Assembly (NCBI GenBank): GCA_023228725.1
Contig: JALOAQ010000001.1
Location: 1 to 57,099, forward strand
Reading direction: 5' to 3'
Origin: Bacteroidales bacterium
Lineage (GTDB): Bacteria > Bacteroidota > Bacteroidia > Bacteroidales > ML635J-15
DNA: 57,099 bases
Below the pieces are notes generated by a model, which saw only the letters and a list, made by a program, of their open reading frames with translations, was not told the origin of the DNA and made no database searches. Of the stretch, positions 28,455 to 38,997 are shown in pieces. The position numbers and the translations under genes were made by a program. Numbering within the stretch: the stretch's first letter is position 1; each line of letters opens with the position of its first letter.

Positions 28455-30683
28455 TTACAATAAAGAAAACGCAGCTGTAAGTCCGGCCATAACTATGGCA
28501 ACCATACTCATAAGTTTTATTAAAATATTTAAACTTGGTCCGGCAGTGTCTTTAAACGGATCGCCAACTGTATCGCCTGTAATTGCGGCTTTATGGGCTT
28601 CTGAACCCTTACCGCCACAACAACCATCTTCTACGTGTTTTTTTGCATTATCCCAAGAACCTCCAGAGTTTGCCATAAAAATTGCTAAAATAAAACCTGT
28701 TGACACAGCTCCAAGTAGCAAGCCCATTACTCCAGGAACTCCAAATAAGATTCCCATTAGTATTGGGATAGCAATTGCTAAAATAGAAGGTAAAAGCATT
28801 TCTCTTTGCGCACTTTTTGTTGATATCTCCACACAACGTGCATAGTCGGGTTCTGCTTCGCCTGTTAAAATTCCTTTTATTTCTCTAAATTGCCTTCTTA
28901 CTTCTTCAACCATGCCTTCGGCTGCCCTGCCAACAGCGTTCATTGTTAAGCCGGAAAATAAAAAAGCCGACATTGCTCCAATAAAAACTCCCACAAGTAC
29001 AATAGGATTCATTAAATTGACTTTAAAAAAAGACATTATTTCGGGAATTGTTGCAGAATGAATATCACTGCCGGTAAGTGTCATAAATTCATTTGCTTTT
29101 TCGGGTATTCTAGCCATAGCTATTTTTATTTCTTCAATATATGAAGCTAAAAGAGCTAAAGCTGTTAAGGCTGCTGACCCAATAGCAAAACCCTTGCCGG
29201 TTGCCGCAGTAGTATTTCCTAATTGGTCTAAAGCATCTGTCCTGCGTCTTACTTCAGGGTCTAGTCCACTCATTTGTGCATTTCCACCTGCATTATCGGC
29301 AATAGGTCCATATGCATCTGTGGCAAGAGTAATCCCTAAAGTAGAAAGCATACCAACAGCTGCTATTGCAATTCCATAAAGTCCCATTCCAATATTGTCG
29401 AAATTAAATTTTGCTGCAAATAAATAAGATAATATTATGGAAGTTGCTACAATAAAAACAGGAATTGCTGTCGAAATCATTCCAGTACCAATACCTTGAA
29501 TAATAACTGTAGCATGACCTGTTTGTGCAGAACCAGAAATTTTTTGAGTAGGTTTAAAACCGGATGAGGTAAAATATTCCGTAGATTTTCCTATCCCAAT
29601 TCCGCCAGCTAAACCAACCAACATTGCAATCCAAATACCTTGAAAATTTGGAAGACCTAAATAATATAAAACTCCAAGCGAGAAAATTGCAATTAAAATA
29701 GAACTTATATTTACTCCTCTTCCTAATGAAGCCAAAAGTTGTTTTTGTGTAGCTCCTTCTTTGGTTTTTACCAAAAAAATTCCAAGAATAGATAATATAA
29801 TTCCTACAGCTGCAATTAACATTGGTGCAATAACTGCGTTAAACTGAATTTCAAGTCCACTTGATTTAAAAGCTACTGCCCCCAAGGCTGCAGTTGAAAG
29901 AATTGCCCCACAATATGATTCATATAAATCTGCTCCCATTCCTGCTACGTCTCCAACATTATCTCCAACATTATCTGCAATAGTTGCAGGATTACGTGGG
30001 TCATCCTCAGGAATATCGGCTTCTATTTTACCAACTAAATCTGCTCCAACATCAGCAGCTTTTGTATAAATACCTCCGCCTACACGAGCAAACAAAGCTT
30101 GAGTAGAAGCACCCATACCAAATGTTAAAGTAGTGGTAGTAATTATAATTAATTTCATAGACGGGTCAGCAGCAATTAAAGGATTTGTTGTAGAATCTAA
30201 TGCTCCAATTACATATTGTAAAATAATAAACCAAGCCGAAATGTCTAATAATCCTAATCCTACAACTACTAATCCCATTACTGCACCAGACCTAAAAGCA
30301 AGTTTTAAACCTGCATTTAATGAGTGGCGAGCAGCATTTGCAGCACGTGAAGAAGCATAAGTAGCTGTTTTCATGCCGAAAAATCCAGCTAAACCAGAGA
30401 AAAAACCACCTGTTATAAATGCAAAAGGAACCCAAGGATTTTGAATTTTTAATATATAAGCCATAATTGCAAACAATATTGTTAAAATAACAAAAACAAT
30501 TATAACAACTTTGTATTGTTGTCGCATATAAGCCATAGCACCATCTCTAACATACAATGCAACTTTTTTCATCATATCTGTTCCTTCGCTCTCTTTCATC
30601 ATTTTTTTAAAAAAGTACCAAGCAAATCCTAAAGCTAAGAGAGAGGCAAAAGGAATTAACCAAAACATAGTTTCTGTAATCAT
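28455..30683 (-). CDS. hppA: membrane-bound proton/sodium-translocating pyrophosphatase
   Basis: 742 aa polytopic protein with [19 protein letters not shown] and [11 protein letters not shown] motifs. Confidence 0.95.
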   Translation of the reverse strand: MITETMFWLIPFASLLALGFAWYFFKKMMKESEGTDMMKKVALYVRDGAMAYMRQQYKVVIIVFVILTILFAIMAYILKIQNPWVPFAFITGGFFSGLAGFFGMKTATYASSRAANAARHSLNAGLKLAFRSGAVMGLVVVGLGLLDISAWFIILQYVIGALDSTTNPLIAADPSMKLIIITTTTLTFGMGASTQALFARVGGGIYTKAADVGADLVGKIEADIPEDDPRNPATIADNVGDNVGDVAGMGADLYESYCGAILSTAALGAVAFKSSGLEIQFNAVIAPMLIAAVGIILSILGIFLVKTKEGATQKQLLASLGRGVNISSILIAIFSLGVLYYLGLPNFQGIWIAMLVGLAGGIGIGKSTEYFTSSGFKPTQKISGSAQTGHATVIIQGIGTGMISTAIPVFIVATSIILSYLFAAKFNFDNIGMGLYGIAIAAVGMLSTLGITLATDAYGPIADNAGGNAQMSGLDPEVRRRTDALDQLGNTTAATGKGFAIGSAALTALALLASYIEEIKIAMARIPEKANEFMTLTGSDIHSATIPEIMSFFKVNLMNPIVLVGVFIGAMSAFLFSGLTMNAVGRAAEGMVEEVRRQFREIKGILTGEAEPDYARCVEISTKSAQREMLLPSILAIAIPILMGILFGVPGVMGLLLGAVSTGFILAIFMANSGGSWDNAKKHVEDGCCGGKGSEAHKAAITGDTVGDPFKDTAGPSLNILIKLMSMVAIVMAGLTAAFSLL

Positions 30684-30833
30684 AATTTTTTAATTAATTT
30701 GTTGTTAATCTAATCCATAAAACTAAGTGCAAAATTCCGATTTTTTTTTAATATACAAAACTAATTTACTATATTCTTTTAAGATTTTTATAAATATCTT
30801 TTTAAAAGCTAAGATTTATAAACAAAAAATCAT

Positions 30834-30841
30834 TATTTTTG
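30834..30841 (+). promoter_or_regulatory. -7 promoter box (TATTTTTG)
   Basis: Matches TAnnTTTG, 14 nt upstream of the ATG at 30856. This supports the shorter start. Confidence 0.45.
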
Positions 30842-30855
30842 TTTTAAAATTTATT

Positions 30856-31587
30856 ATGAATAAAGTGAAGTTCACGCTAATACTTTTATTGATTTTAACA
30901 ATAAATACTAAGTTTTTATCAGCTCAAAAATATACACAAGCTCCCGATTTTTCACTATACGACACAAAAGGAGAAGAAGTAAATCTATACGATAGCCTTG
31001 CCGAAGGGAAAGTTATTTTGCTACACTTTTTTTCTATAAATTGCGGTTCCTGTCATACCGTAGCACCTATTGTTGATTCTATTTACAGACAATTCGGTTC
31101 AGGAACTGAAGATTTAATTGTGTGGGGTATTGTTCAGCAAGATTATAATAGTGAACAAATTGAAGCTTTTATGGAATTGCATGATTTAAGTTTTAGATGC
31201 TTTCCTACAGGTCATGCAACTGATGTGTTTGGTTTATATGACATTCTTTATACACCGCAAATAATGATGGTTTGCGATTATATGCTTTCCCCCTCATTGT
31301 CTTATTATAATATTATTGAAACATTAAGCTATTGCATTCCTACTATTAAAGTTGAAGAAAAATTAAATGAATTTAATATTAATATTATAGGTGGTGTTTT
31401 AAATATTGAATCAAATAAAAAAATTAAGGAAATACAAATATTCGATTATATGGGACGCTTAATTTTAACAAAGAAAAACCCTAAAAACAACATAAATATT
31501 TCTGCTTTAAACTCAAATTCATTATATATTATAAATTTTGTTTTTGATGACGACTCAAGATTTATCTCTAAAATTATATCACAATGA
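30856..31587 (+). CDS. thioredoxin-fold (TlpA/redoxin-like) protein with T9SS C-terminal sorting domain
   Basis: Signal peptide, CGSC active-site motif (FFSINCGSCH), and a C-terminal ~80 aa beta-sandwich-like tail (IQIFDYMGRLI....LYIINF) typical of type A T9SS CTDs. Confidence 0.6.
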   Translation: MNKVKFTLILLLILTINTKFLSAQKYTQAPDFSLYDTKGEEVNLYDSLAEGKVILLHFFSINCGSCHTVAPIVDSIYRQFGSGTEDLIVWGIVQQDYNSEQIEAFMELHDLSFRCFPTGHATDVFGLYDILYTPQIMMVCDYMLSPSLSYYNIIETLSYCIPTIKVEEKLNEFNINIIGGVLNIESNKKIKEIQIFDYMGRLILTKKNPKNNINISALNSNSLYIINFVFDDDSRFISKIISQ

Positions 31588-31946
31588 AAAACAAATTAAG
31601 CTTGTTCCTTTTATTTTCTTTATTACTTAGTTTTGTTGCCTGCACTACTATTTACAACTATGATTTAAGCATAAGCGGACTTGATGATTTGCCTGCAACA
31701 AAAGCTTGTTTAGAAAAATATTTACCAAAATCAATTGATGCTCAAAAAGGAAAACAAAATAAAGAACTGCAAGTAATTGCCCTGAGTTTTGATAACTACC
31801 AAGATGAAATCATAGATTCTTTAATTTCTGATTCTGTGGAATTCAAAGACAACAGCTACTTGCTTAAATTTAAAATCATTGCTATAGACCCGTTTGATGG
31901 GACAAGTGAATTTGTCGTAGAAAAACAATATTTTCTACATAATTAA
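31584..31946 (+). CDS. small lipoprotein, unknown function
   Basis: Lipobox LLLSFVAC. Start overlaps the upstream stop by 4 nt. Confidence 0.5.
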   Translation: MKNKLSLFLLFSLLLSFVACTTIYNYDLSISGLDDLPATKACLEKYLPKSIDAQKGKQNKELQVIALSFDNYQDEIIDSLISDSVEFKDNSYLLKFKIIAIDPFDGTSEFVVEKQYFLHN

Positions 31947-31959
31947 ACTTATAAGTATT

Positions 31960-32358
31960 TTATAGTTTTATTGAGCTTGCAATTTTTTCAGCTAAATCTT
32001 CAAACTCTTGTTTAGACATTTTCACCCTTGGGTTAGAAAAACTTAAATCAGCTTCTTCGTCCATTGGAACAAGGTGGATATGAGTATGTGGCACTTCTAA
32101 GCCAACTACAACTAAACCAATTCTTTTGCAATCCACATTAGCTTCTATTCCTTTAGCAATTTTTTTAGAAAATATTAAAATTTTTGATAAAACTTCATCA
32201 GAATTATCAAAAATATAATCAACTTCTTGTTTAGGCACAACAAGAGCGTGACCTTTTTTCAAAGGATTGATATCCAAAAAAGCAATAAAATCATCATCTT
32301 CTGCAATTTTATAACAAGGAATCTCTAAATTAATAATTCTTGTGAAAATTGAAGTCAT
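31960..32358 (-). CDS. HIT-family (histidine triad) protein
   Basis: HTHIHLVP histidine-triad motif; ~130 aa. Confidence 0.85.
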   Translation of the reverse strand: MTSIFTRIINLEIPCYKIAEDDDFIAFLDINPLKKGHALVVPKQEVDYIFDNSDEVLSKILIFSKKIAKGIEANVDCKRIGLVVVGLEVPHTHIHLVPMDEEADLSFSNPRVKMSKQEFEDLAEKIASSIKL

Positions 32359-32359
32359 T

Positions 32360-32836
32360 TTATATTGAAATATTTAAAATTTCGAAAGTAACCGTCCCAT
32401 TTGGAACTTGAATTTCTACTATATCGCCAACTTTTTTACCTAAAAGACCTTTAGCTATTGGAGTGTTAACAGAAATTTTCTTTTCTTTTAAATTAGCTTC
32501 TGATTCTGAAACTATTGTATATTCCATAGTAGAGCCAGTTTTAATATTTTTTAAGCTAACTTTATTTAATATTTGTACTGCATCTGTATTAATTTGACTT
32601 GGGTCTAATACTCTTGCATTTCTAACAATTTCTTGAAGTTTATTAATTTTCATTTCTAATAAACCTTGGGCTTCTTTGGCTGCGTCATACTCTGCATTTT
32701 CTGATAAATCACCTTTATCACGTGCTTCAGCAATTTGTTTTGAAATATTGCTTCTTTCCACATTTACCAATCTATCTAACTCGTCTTTTAATTTTTTTAA
32801 CCCTTCTTCGGTTAAATAAGAAATTTTCTCAGACAT
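32360..32836 (-). CDS. greA: transcription elongation factor GreA
   Basis: YLTEEGL.KLK.EL; ARDKGDLSENAEYDAAKE; C-terminal FKBP-like domain. Confidence 0.95.
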   Translation of the reverse strand: MSEKISYLTEEGLKKLKDELDRLVNVERSNISKQIAEARDKGDLSENAEYDAAKEAQGLLEMKINKLQEIVRNARVLDPSQINTDAVQILNKVSLKNIKTGSTMEYTIVSESEANLKEKKISVNTPIAKGLLGKKVGDIVEIQVPNGTVTFEILNISI

Positions 32837-32865
32837 ATTAATGATTATTTTAATTTAAACTCTTA

Positions 32866-32900
32866 TAAAACAAAAGAAACCTCCCGTTTTCGGAGATTTC
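32866..32900 (-). terminator. hairpin plus T-rich run between purH and greA (purH terminator and/or greA leader terminator)
   Basis: Minus strand reads gaaatctccgaaaacgggaggtttc followed by ttttgtttta. Confidence 0.5.
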
Positions 32901-32907
32901 TATACTG

Positions 32908-32915
32908 CAAAAATA
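32908..32915 (-). promoter_or_regulatory. -7 promoter box (TATTTTTG) upstream of greA
   Basis: Reverse complement matches TAnnTTTG. The box lies immediately upstream of the hairpin at 32876-32900. Confidence 0.4.
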
Positions 32916-32987
32916 TTAAATATAATAATACAAAACAAATATTAATTTAAATATTTATTAACAAGGCTTCATTTCTTAAAATTATAT

Positions 32988-34505
32988 TTAATGTTTGAAG
33001 TGGCGAACCCCTGTAAAGACCATAGCTATATCATTTTCATCACAAAACTTTACTGTTTCTTCATCTCTAATAGAGCCACCCGGTTGGATAACTGCACTTA
33101 TCCCTTCTGCATGAGCTATTTCAATTGAATCACTAAAAGGAAAAAAAGCATCAGAAGCCATTACAGCATCTTGTAAATCAAAATTGAAAATTTTTGCTTT
33201 AGATATTGCTTGCTTTAGAGCATCTACACGCGAAGTTTGTCCTGTTCCGCTGGCTAATAATTGTTGATCTTTTACAAGTACTATTGCATTAGATTTTGTG
33301 TGCTTCACTAACTTATTTGCAAAAATTAAATCTGAAATTTGGCCTTTAGTTGGCAGTTTTTTCGTTACATAATTAAAATCACTTTCAGTTTCAATACTAA
33401 GGTCTCTGTCTTGAAATAAAACTCCGTTTAAAACAGTTCTAAAACTTTTTTCTTGTAATTCGCTATGTTTTTGTATTAAAATTATTCTGTTTTTCTTTTG
33501 TTTTAAAATATCTAATGCAGTTTTTGTAAAATCCGGAGCTATGATTATTTCAAAAAATATTTTATTTATTTTTTCTGCACTTGCTTGGTCAACAATTTGA
33601 TTTGTAATAATAACACCTCCGAAAGCAGAAACAGGATCAGCCTCTAAAGCAGCATCCCAAGCATCGCTTAATATAACTCGCGAAGCAATGCCACAAGCAT
33701 TATTATGCTTTAATATCGCACAACTTGTTTCTTCAAATTCAGAAATTAAGTTTACAGCTGCATCAATATCTAAAAGATTATTGTAAGAAATTTCTTTCCC
33801 ATGTACTTGATTAAACAAATTTTCTAAATTTCCAAAATATTTAGCCTTTTGATGTGGGTTTTCTCCATATCTTAAAGTTTTTCCTTGCTTTTCTGAAAAT
33901 TTTAATTCAGTGAAATTATTATTATCAAACCAGTTAAAAATTGCAGTGTCATAAGCCGAACTAATGCCAAAAGCTTCTAAGGCAAATTTTTTGCGAATAT
34001 CTATATCTGTACAACAAGAATTTTCTTCCAACAAACTATGCAAGTCGTGGTATTGAGAAAGATTTGAAACAACTAAAACATCATTATAATTTTTAGCTGC
34101 AGCTCTAATTAAAGATATACCGCCAATATCAATTTTTTCAATTATTTCAGCCTCATCTTCGCTGTTTTTTACAGTTTCTTCAAAGGGATATAAATCAACT
34201 ATTACTAAATCAAAATTAGGAATTTCGTAATTTTTTATTTCTTTTTGGTGTGATTCATTTTCGCGAATTGATAAAATTCCACCAAAAACTTTTGGATGTA
34301 AGGTTTTTACTCTACCATCAAGAATTGAAGGGTAAGAAGTAAGGTCTTCAATTTTAATTGCCTTAATACCTAATTCATTAATAAAATCCCAAGTACCACC
34401 TGTAGAGTAAATTTCAATATTATGTTTTTCTAAAGTTTTTACAATAATTTCTAAACCATCTTTATGGTAAACCGAAATAAGTGCTGAATTGATTTTTTTT
34501 TGCAT
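32988..34505 (-). CDS. purH: bifunctional AICAR transformylase / IMP cyclohydrolase
   Basis: ALISVYHKDGL, STGGT, VKTLHPK..GGIL, C-terminal ...GVRHFKH. Confidence 0.95.
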   Translation of the reverse strand: MQKKINSALISVYHKDGLEIIVKTLEKHNIEIYSTGGTWDFINELGIKAIKIEDLTSYPSILDGRVKTLHPKVFGGILSIRENESHQKEIKNYEIPNFDLVIVDLYPFEETVKNSEDEAEIIEKIDIGGISLIRAAAKNYNDVLVVSNLSQYHDLHSLLEENSCCTDIDIRKKFALEAFGISSAYDTAIFNWFDNNNFTELKFSEKQGKTLRYGENPHQKAKYFGNLENLFNQVHGKEISYNNLLDIDAAVNLISEFEETSCAILKHNNACGIASRVILSDAWDAALEADPVSAFGGVIITNQIVDQASAEKINKIFFEIIIAPDFTKTALDILKQKKNRIILIQKHSELQEKSFRTVLNGVLFQDRDLSIETESDFNYVTKKLPTKGQISDLIFANKLVKHTKSNAIVLVKDQQLLASGTGQTSRVDALKQAISKAKIFNFDLQDAVMASDAFFPFSDSIEIAHAEGISAVIQPGGSIRDEETVKFCDENDIAMVFTGVRHFKH

Positions 34506-34583
34506 TGTATTTTTATTTTAATCTGCCAAAATTAAATATTTTAATGCAAAAACTCAGAAAATTTTTAATTTTTAATTAACAAG

Positions 34584-35768
34584 TTATGAAACTTCAATAT
34601 AAATTCGGTAAGCTGTTTCGGGCAAAATATTAATGAGAGATAAATAACCACTTTTAATTTTATTATTTTTTAAAACTAATGGTTTCTCTTGTTGTTGTTT
34701 TAAATCTTCATTGTAAAAATAAGTCTGTTTTGCATTGTGTTCAACAAACATTTTGCCTGTTGAATTATTGTCTATAAATTTATCAAACAAAACTCTTGCA
34801 ACATAACCCATAGTTGTTCTAAGATTTATCTCAACGCAAGGATGGATTTTTATTTCAGAATTTTCTAAATATAAAAACATGTCTATTCCTAAAATTCCAG
34901 AATAATATGGAGAAATTTCCTTTTTAATAAATTTTATAAGTAATTTTTGAATTTCTAAAAAAATTTCTTCTTCAAAACTAAAATTACAAAGTTTGCTTAA
35001 AATTTTCACATCACTCATCAATTCAGAATATTGAAATCTGCCTTTTTCTGTTTCAAACAAAGAATATCCACAAAATTCAACATAATTTTCTTTGCATAAA
35101 AATTCCATAGCAAAGTTCTGAACGACAGAGTATTGCTTTTCGAGTATTATGCTTTTCTGTTTTTCTAAATTATTTTTAATCCAGCCCAAATGACTATGAC
35201 TCATTTTATTTTTAATCCATTGTAATCCTTTGCCACTTCCCGACCAAGGTAATTTTACAACAATTTCTTTATTTTTGTTTAAAAAAGTTTCAATTTCTAT
35301 AATTTTCGTTAATTCTGTAGCCGATATTTTTAAAATTTTATCGCAAACATGATTTTTTGATAAAAAATCATGCAGTTTTATTGCTAAACTTCTATGCGAG
35401 AGCTCTCTTGTTTTTTTTAGTTTTTCTGAATTTGGAAGTAATATATTATTTAAACCAAAATCTTGCAATTGTTTTTTAAGTGTTTTGTTCCATGCCCAAA
35501 CTTCAACTTTTTGAATTTTAGAAAAATCAGGACTTAAACTTATAATATTTGAATTTGCTAATTGTGGAAATTTTGTTTTTAACTCACTTAACCAATTTTC
35601 AGAATTAAAATAATCAAAAACAAAACAATTATCATTGCTAAACCAAATTGGGAAAACAGACAAATCTTGAGCAAATTTTTTAGCTGATTGTGGGGCATTA
35701 AAATTCTCATCATCACAAGCTAATGCTAAATCGTGTTCAGGATTAAATATGCAAAGTTTGTTTTTCAT
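34584..35768 (-). CDS. hypothetical protein, possible ATP-grasp fold
   Basis: VVKLPWSGSGKG (P-loop-like Gly-rich turn) and GIDMF.....IHPCVEINLRTTMG (the E-x-N metal-binding pattern of ATP-grasp enzymes). Confidence 0.45.
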   Translation of the reverse strand: MKNKLCIFNPEHDLALACDDENFNAPQSAKKFAQDLSVFPIWFSNDNCFVFDYFNSENWLSELKTKFPQLANSNIISLSPDFSKIQKVEVWAWNKTLKKQLQDFGLNNILLPNSEKLKKTRELSHRSLAIKLHDFLSKNHVCDKILKISATELTKIIEIETFLNKNKEIVVKLPWSGSGKGLQWIKNKMSHSHLGWIKNNLEKQKSIILEKQYSVVQNFAMEFLCKENYVEFCGYSLFETEKGRFQYSELMSDVKILSKLCNFSFEEEIFLEIQKLLIKFIKKEISPYYSGILGIDMFLYLENSEIKIHPCVEINLRTTMGYVARVLFDKFIDNNSTGKMFVEHNAKQTYFYNEDLKQQQEKPLVLKNNKIKSGYLSLINILPETAYRIYIEVS

Positions 35769-35818
35769 AAAATATTTTCAAAAATAGAAAAATTTTAACT
35801 AAAAAAAATTTCAACAGC

Positions 35819-37324
35819 TTGAAAAAATTATTACATTTGCAAGTCAAAATTTCATTCTTGAGTTTAAGTATAGAAAACATATTATTAATAGGTTCTATTC
35901 TGCTAATTATTTCAATAATTTTAGGAAAAACCTCTTTTAGATTTGGTGTGCCTACTTTGGTTTTTTTCTTAGCCGTAGGAATGTTAGCCGGAGCCGAAGG
36001 ACCAGGAAAAATTGTTTTTGATAATTCTATAGTAGCTCAATTTATAGGTGTTGTTGCACTTAATGTCATTCTTTTTTCCGGTGGATTGGACACAAGTTAT
36101 AAAGCTATACGTCCGGTTCTGGGACAAGGTGTGATTTTGGCAACTCTTGGAGTAGCCCTTACCGCAATTATTACAGGATATTTTATTCATTTTGCTTTTG
36201 GCTTTAGTCTATTTGAAGGAATGCTTATTGGCTCTATTGTGTCTTCAACTGATGCAGCTGCAGTTTTTTCGATTTTAAGGTCTCGAAATATAGCTTTAAA
36301 GGATAATTTGCGACCTTTACTTGAATTTGAAAGCGGAAGTAATGACCCAATGGCTTTTTTCCTGACTATTTCTTTTACTGCTTTAGTAACTGACCCAAGT
36401 GCAAGTGTTTTAAGAATTTTTCCAAAGTTTTTAATGATGTTTTCTCTTGGCGTTGGTTTTGGTTTTGGCTTCGGATATCTTGGAAAACTAGTAATTAATA
36501 AAATCAAATTAGGTTTTGAAGGTTTATATCCGGTCTTAGCTATAGCTTGGATGTTTTTAACATATTCTGTTACAGATTATTTTTGGGGAAATGGCTTTCT
36601 TGCTGTATATATTTGCGGAATATATTTAGGAAATGTTAGTATTATGCACAAAAAAGCTATTGTAAAATCATTTGACGGTTTTGCTTGGCTTATGCAAATA
36701 ATACTTTTTTTAACCTTAGGATTATTGGTAAATCCAAGCGGAATAATTCCAATTATTGGCGTTGGCTTGTTAATTTCATTATTTTTAATGCTTGTATCAA
36801 GACCAGTAAGCGTATTTATTAGTTTGATAATTTATAAAATGAAATTTAAAAATAAAGTTTTTGTTTCATTAGTAGGATTAAGAGGAGCTGTTCCTATTGT
36901 TTTTGCAATATATCCCATGCTTGCCGGAGTAGAACATTCGCAAACAATTTTTAATATAGTTTTCTTTATTTCTTTAAGTTCTGTTCTTATTCAAGGTTCA
37001 GGTATTGGTATTTTTGCGAAATGGCTAAAAGTTGCAATGCCTGCTAAAGTAAAGCGAAAATCTATTATAGAAAGATTGCTTGATGAAGAGGCAAAATCAG
37101 AAATTGCTGAAATTACAATAGGCGAAACTTCACCACATATCGGAAAAACAATAGTAGAATTAAACTTTCCTGAAACTGCCATTATTGCTATGATACAAAG
37201 AGGTGAAAAATATGTTATCCCAAAAGGAAATACAGAAATTAAAGAAGGTGATATTTTTGTTATTCTATCCGAAAATATTGAAAATATTGAAACTTTAGAA
37301 CATTGTTTGAATACTCTAATTTAA
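35819..37324 (+). CDS. K+/H+ (CPA1, NhaP2/CvrA-like) antiporter with C-terminal TrkA-C domain
   Basis: IENILLIGSILL....GK.S.RFGVP.L..FL.VGMLAG N-terminus, about 11 TM segments, and a C-terminal RCK_C-like domain (G.TI.EL.FP....I.MI.R......P.G.T.I..GD). The start is uncertain: no ATG lies upstream of the first TM, so it is TTG at 35819 or 35858. Confidence 0.8.
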   Translation: MKKLLHLQVKISFLSLSIENILLIGSILLIISIILGKTSFRFGVPTLVFFLAVGMLAGAEGPGKIVFDNSIVAQFIGVVALNVILFSGGLDTSYKAIRPVLGQGVILATLGVALTAIITGYFIHFAFGFSLFEGMLIGSIVSSTDAAAVFSILRSRNIALKDNLRPLLEFESGSNDPMAFFLTISFTALVTDPSASVLRIFPKFLMMFSLGVGFGFGFGYLGKLVINKIKLGFEGLYPVLAIAWMFLTYSVTDYFWGNGFLAVYICGIYLGNVSIMHKKAIVKSFDGFAWLMQIILFLTLGLLVNPSGIIPIIGVGLLISLFLMLVSRPVSVFISLIIYKMKFKNKVFVSLVGLRGAVPIVFAIYPMLAGVEHSQTIFNIVFFISLSSVLIQGSGIGIFAKWLKVAMPAKVKRKSIIERLLDEEAKSEIAEITIGETSPHIGKTIVELNFPETAIIAMIQRGEKYVIPKGNTEIKEGDIFVILSENIENIETLEHCLNTLI

Positions 37325-38848
37325 ACTTGAAAAATAAGTATCTAAATAATTAATCCTCGCTCTTAACCAATTTTTAAGATATTCATATTCTGCCTCAGTA
37401 TCAATGTTTAAACTCCAAATCAAATTTTCTTTGTCTATTATTCCTGATTTTATAATCGGATTTATAGATTTTTCAAATTCATCTAAAATTTCTTCTTCTG
37501 AAAAAACATTCTGAGCTAAATCAAACCATCTAGTTTTTACTTTAGCTTTAAAATTATTTGGATTTAATTCAAAAAGTCTGTCATACAAATTATTTGATAA
37601 TATTCCTGTTGGTTCTATATAGCTTCTGTCCCAAAACAAGCCCCAACTTGCATCTAAATCCCAAGGTAAAATTATAAACTTTTTAGTTTCGCGAGATTTC
37701 ATTAAAAAAATATTTTTCCCGGTATTGTCAAAGGCTGAACATAAATTTAAAAACAAATAATAATCAATAAAATTATCAATATCAATATAATAATCTATAG
37801 AATCTATAAAATTTTTATCCTTAGAATTTACAATAAAATTTCTCAATTTTTTTAATTCTTCCCAATTTATCAAAGACTTTGGGTTTGGATATTTTTGCTC
37901 CCAACCATCCCAATAATCTGTTTTAGGAACTTTTTCATTTGCATATTCAAATCGAGTTGCCCCATCGTGCCAGTCTTTTGCTTTGTATAAAACTTCTGAA
38001 TTTGTTTTAAGACCTAATATTTCATCACTAAAATTTTCATTTAAACAATATAATCCTTGATGTTTATTATTTATAAAAAGCTCAACAGGCATGGTATTAA
38101 TTGAAAAATGATTTTTAGAATCACTAATTTTTGACCAAATAGAAAAAGATACAGAATTTCTAAGTCTTAAATCATCAATATAAGCAGCGTCTAAAATCCA
38201 TTTATAATTTTCTCTTTCGCCAACAAGTTTTGTGTTTTTGTAGGTTTTTATATCTTTATTTGCTAGACTGTTAAAACCAAAACTTTTTTTAGGGTAAATT
38301 TGAGAACTTGCTCCTCTATATTCAATGCCAACATAACCAAGATAATCAGGTTTTGAAACTTCAGGATAAGAAATATGAATAAACGCAGGTATTTTCGGGT
38401 CATCAAAAATGTTTAAAGTTTTTGAAATTCTAACAATTGGAAGTGCTGTAAATCTTAATTTTATTTCAACAGAATCAGTGTTTGTAACAAAACAAAAGCT
38501 ATAATCTTTTTTATATTCAATGTTTTTAAATTCTAAATTTTTTGAATTTTCTAATAAATTCCCCTCATAATATACTTTAACTAAAGGACTAAAATTGATT
38601 ATTGGGCTAAAATTTTCCAAGTCTATTTCGCTTAAACTATAAGTCAAACTGCTAGTTTCTTCATCAAAAAAGCAAGGTTTGGAATTAAAATATATAAGCG
38701 ACTCTAATTTTAGATCTTCTTTTGTTTCAGGAATTAAAACAAGTTCTTCCTTATAACATGAAATTATATTCACAAAAATAAAGACTAAAAGCGGGAAATA
38801 TTTTAATTTATTTATTGGCAAATCAGTTATTTTAGATGATTTAAACAT
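37316..38848 (-). CDS. CotH-family protein (kinase-like), probable lipoprotein
   Basis: CotH-like blocks (LRN.VSF.IW; N....GLY.L.E; KNIFLMK...KKFIILPWDLDASWG). The ATG at 38848 gives an N-terminus with lipobox NIISC. The TTG at 38890 is the alternative start. Confidence 0.65.
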   Translation of the reverse strand: MFKSSKITDLPINKLKYFPLLVFIFVNIISCYKEELVLIPETKEDLKLESLIYFNSKPCFFDEETSSLTYSLSEIDLENFSPIINFSPLVKVYYEGNLLENSKNLEFKNIEYKKDYSFCFVTNTDSVEIKLRFTALPIVRISKTLNIFDDPKIPAFIHISYPEVSKPDYLGYVGIEYRGASSQIYPKKSFGFNSLANKDIKTYKNTKLVGERENYKWILDAAYIDDLRLRNSVSFSIWSKISDSKNHFSINTMPVELFINNKHQGLYCLNENFSDEILGLKTNSEVLYKAKDWHDGATRFEYANEKVPKTDYWDGWEQKYPNPKSLINWEELKKLRNFIVNSKDKNFIDSIDYYIDIDNFIDYYLFLNLCSAFDNTGKNIFLMKSRETKKFIILPWDLDASWGLFWDRSYIEPTGILSNNLYDRLFELNPNNFKAKVKTRWFDLAQNVFSEEEILDEFEKSINPIIKSGIIDKENLIWSLNIDTEAEYEYLKNWLRARINYLDTYFSSLN

Positions 38849-38938
38849 TAAAAGTATTGTAAATACAATAAAAACTTCAAAGATAAGCAAAAAGACAAAA
38901 AATAATGTAAATATTTAAATTCTTTTAAATAAATAGAT

Positions 38939-38946
38939 TATCTTTG
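38939..38946 (+). promoter_or_regulatory. -7 promoter box (TATCTTTG) for rpsP-rimM, followed by a 5'-terminal hairpin
   Basis: Matches TAnnTTTG. The hairpin tcggtt-cgaga-aaccga at 38951-38967 lies at the predicted 5' end of the transcript. Confidence 0.5.
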
Positions 38947-38997
38947 TCGCTCGGTTCGAGAAACCGAAATTATTAATAATTAAATTAATTAAAAATT

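Noticed and set aside
28495-30360. Several 60-116 aa ORFs on both strands inside hppA (28495-28845, 28648-28836, 29194-29379, 30133-30360)
   Set aside because: These are shadow frames of a Gly/Ala/Ile-rich membrane protein gene. They have no start context and no motifs.
34506-34583. ZTP (pfl) riboswitch upstream of purH
   Set aside because: The gap is only 78 bp, is AT-rich and lacks the conserved GC-rich pfl motif elements.
35984-36507. Antisense ORFs inside the K+/H+ antiporter gene
   Set aside because: Shadow ORFs within a well-supported polytopic membrane protein gene.
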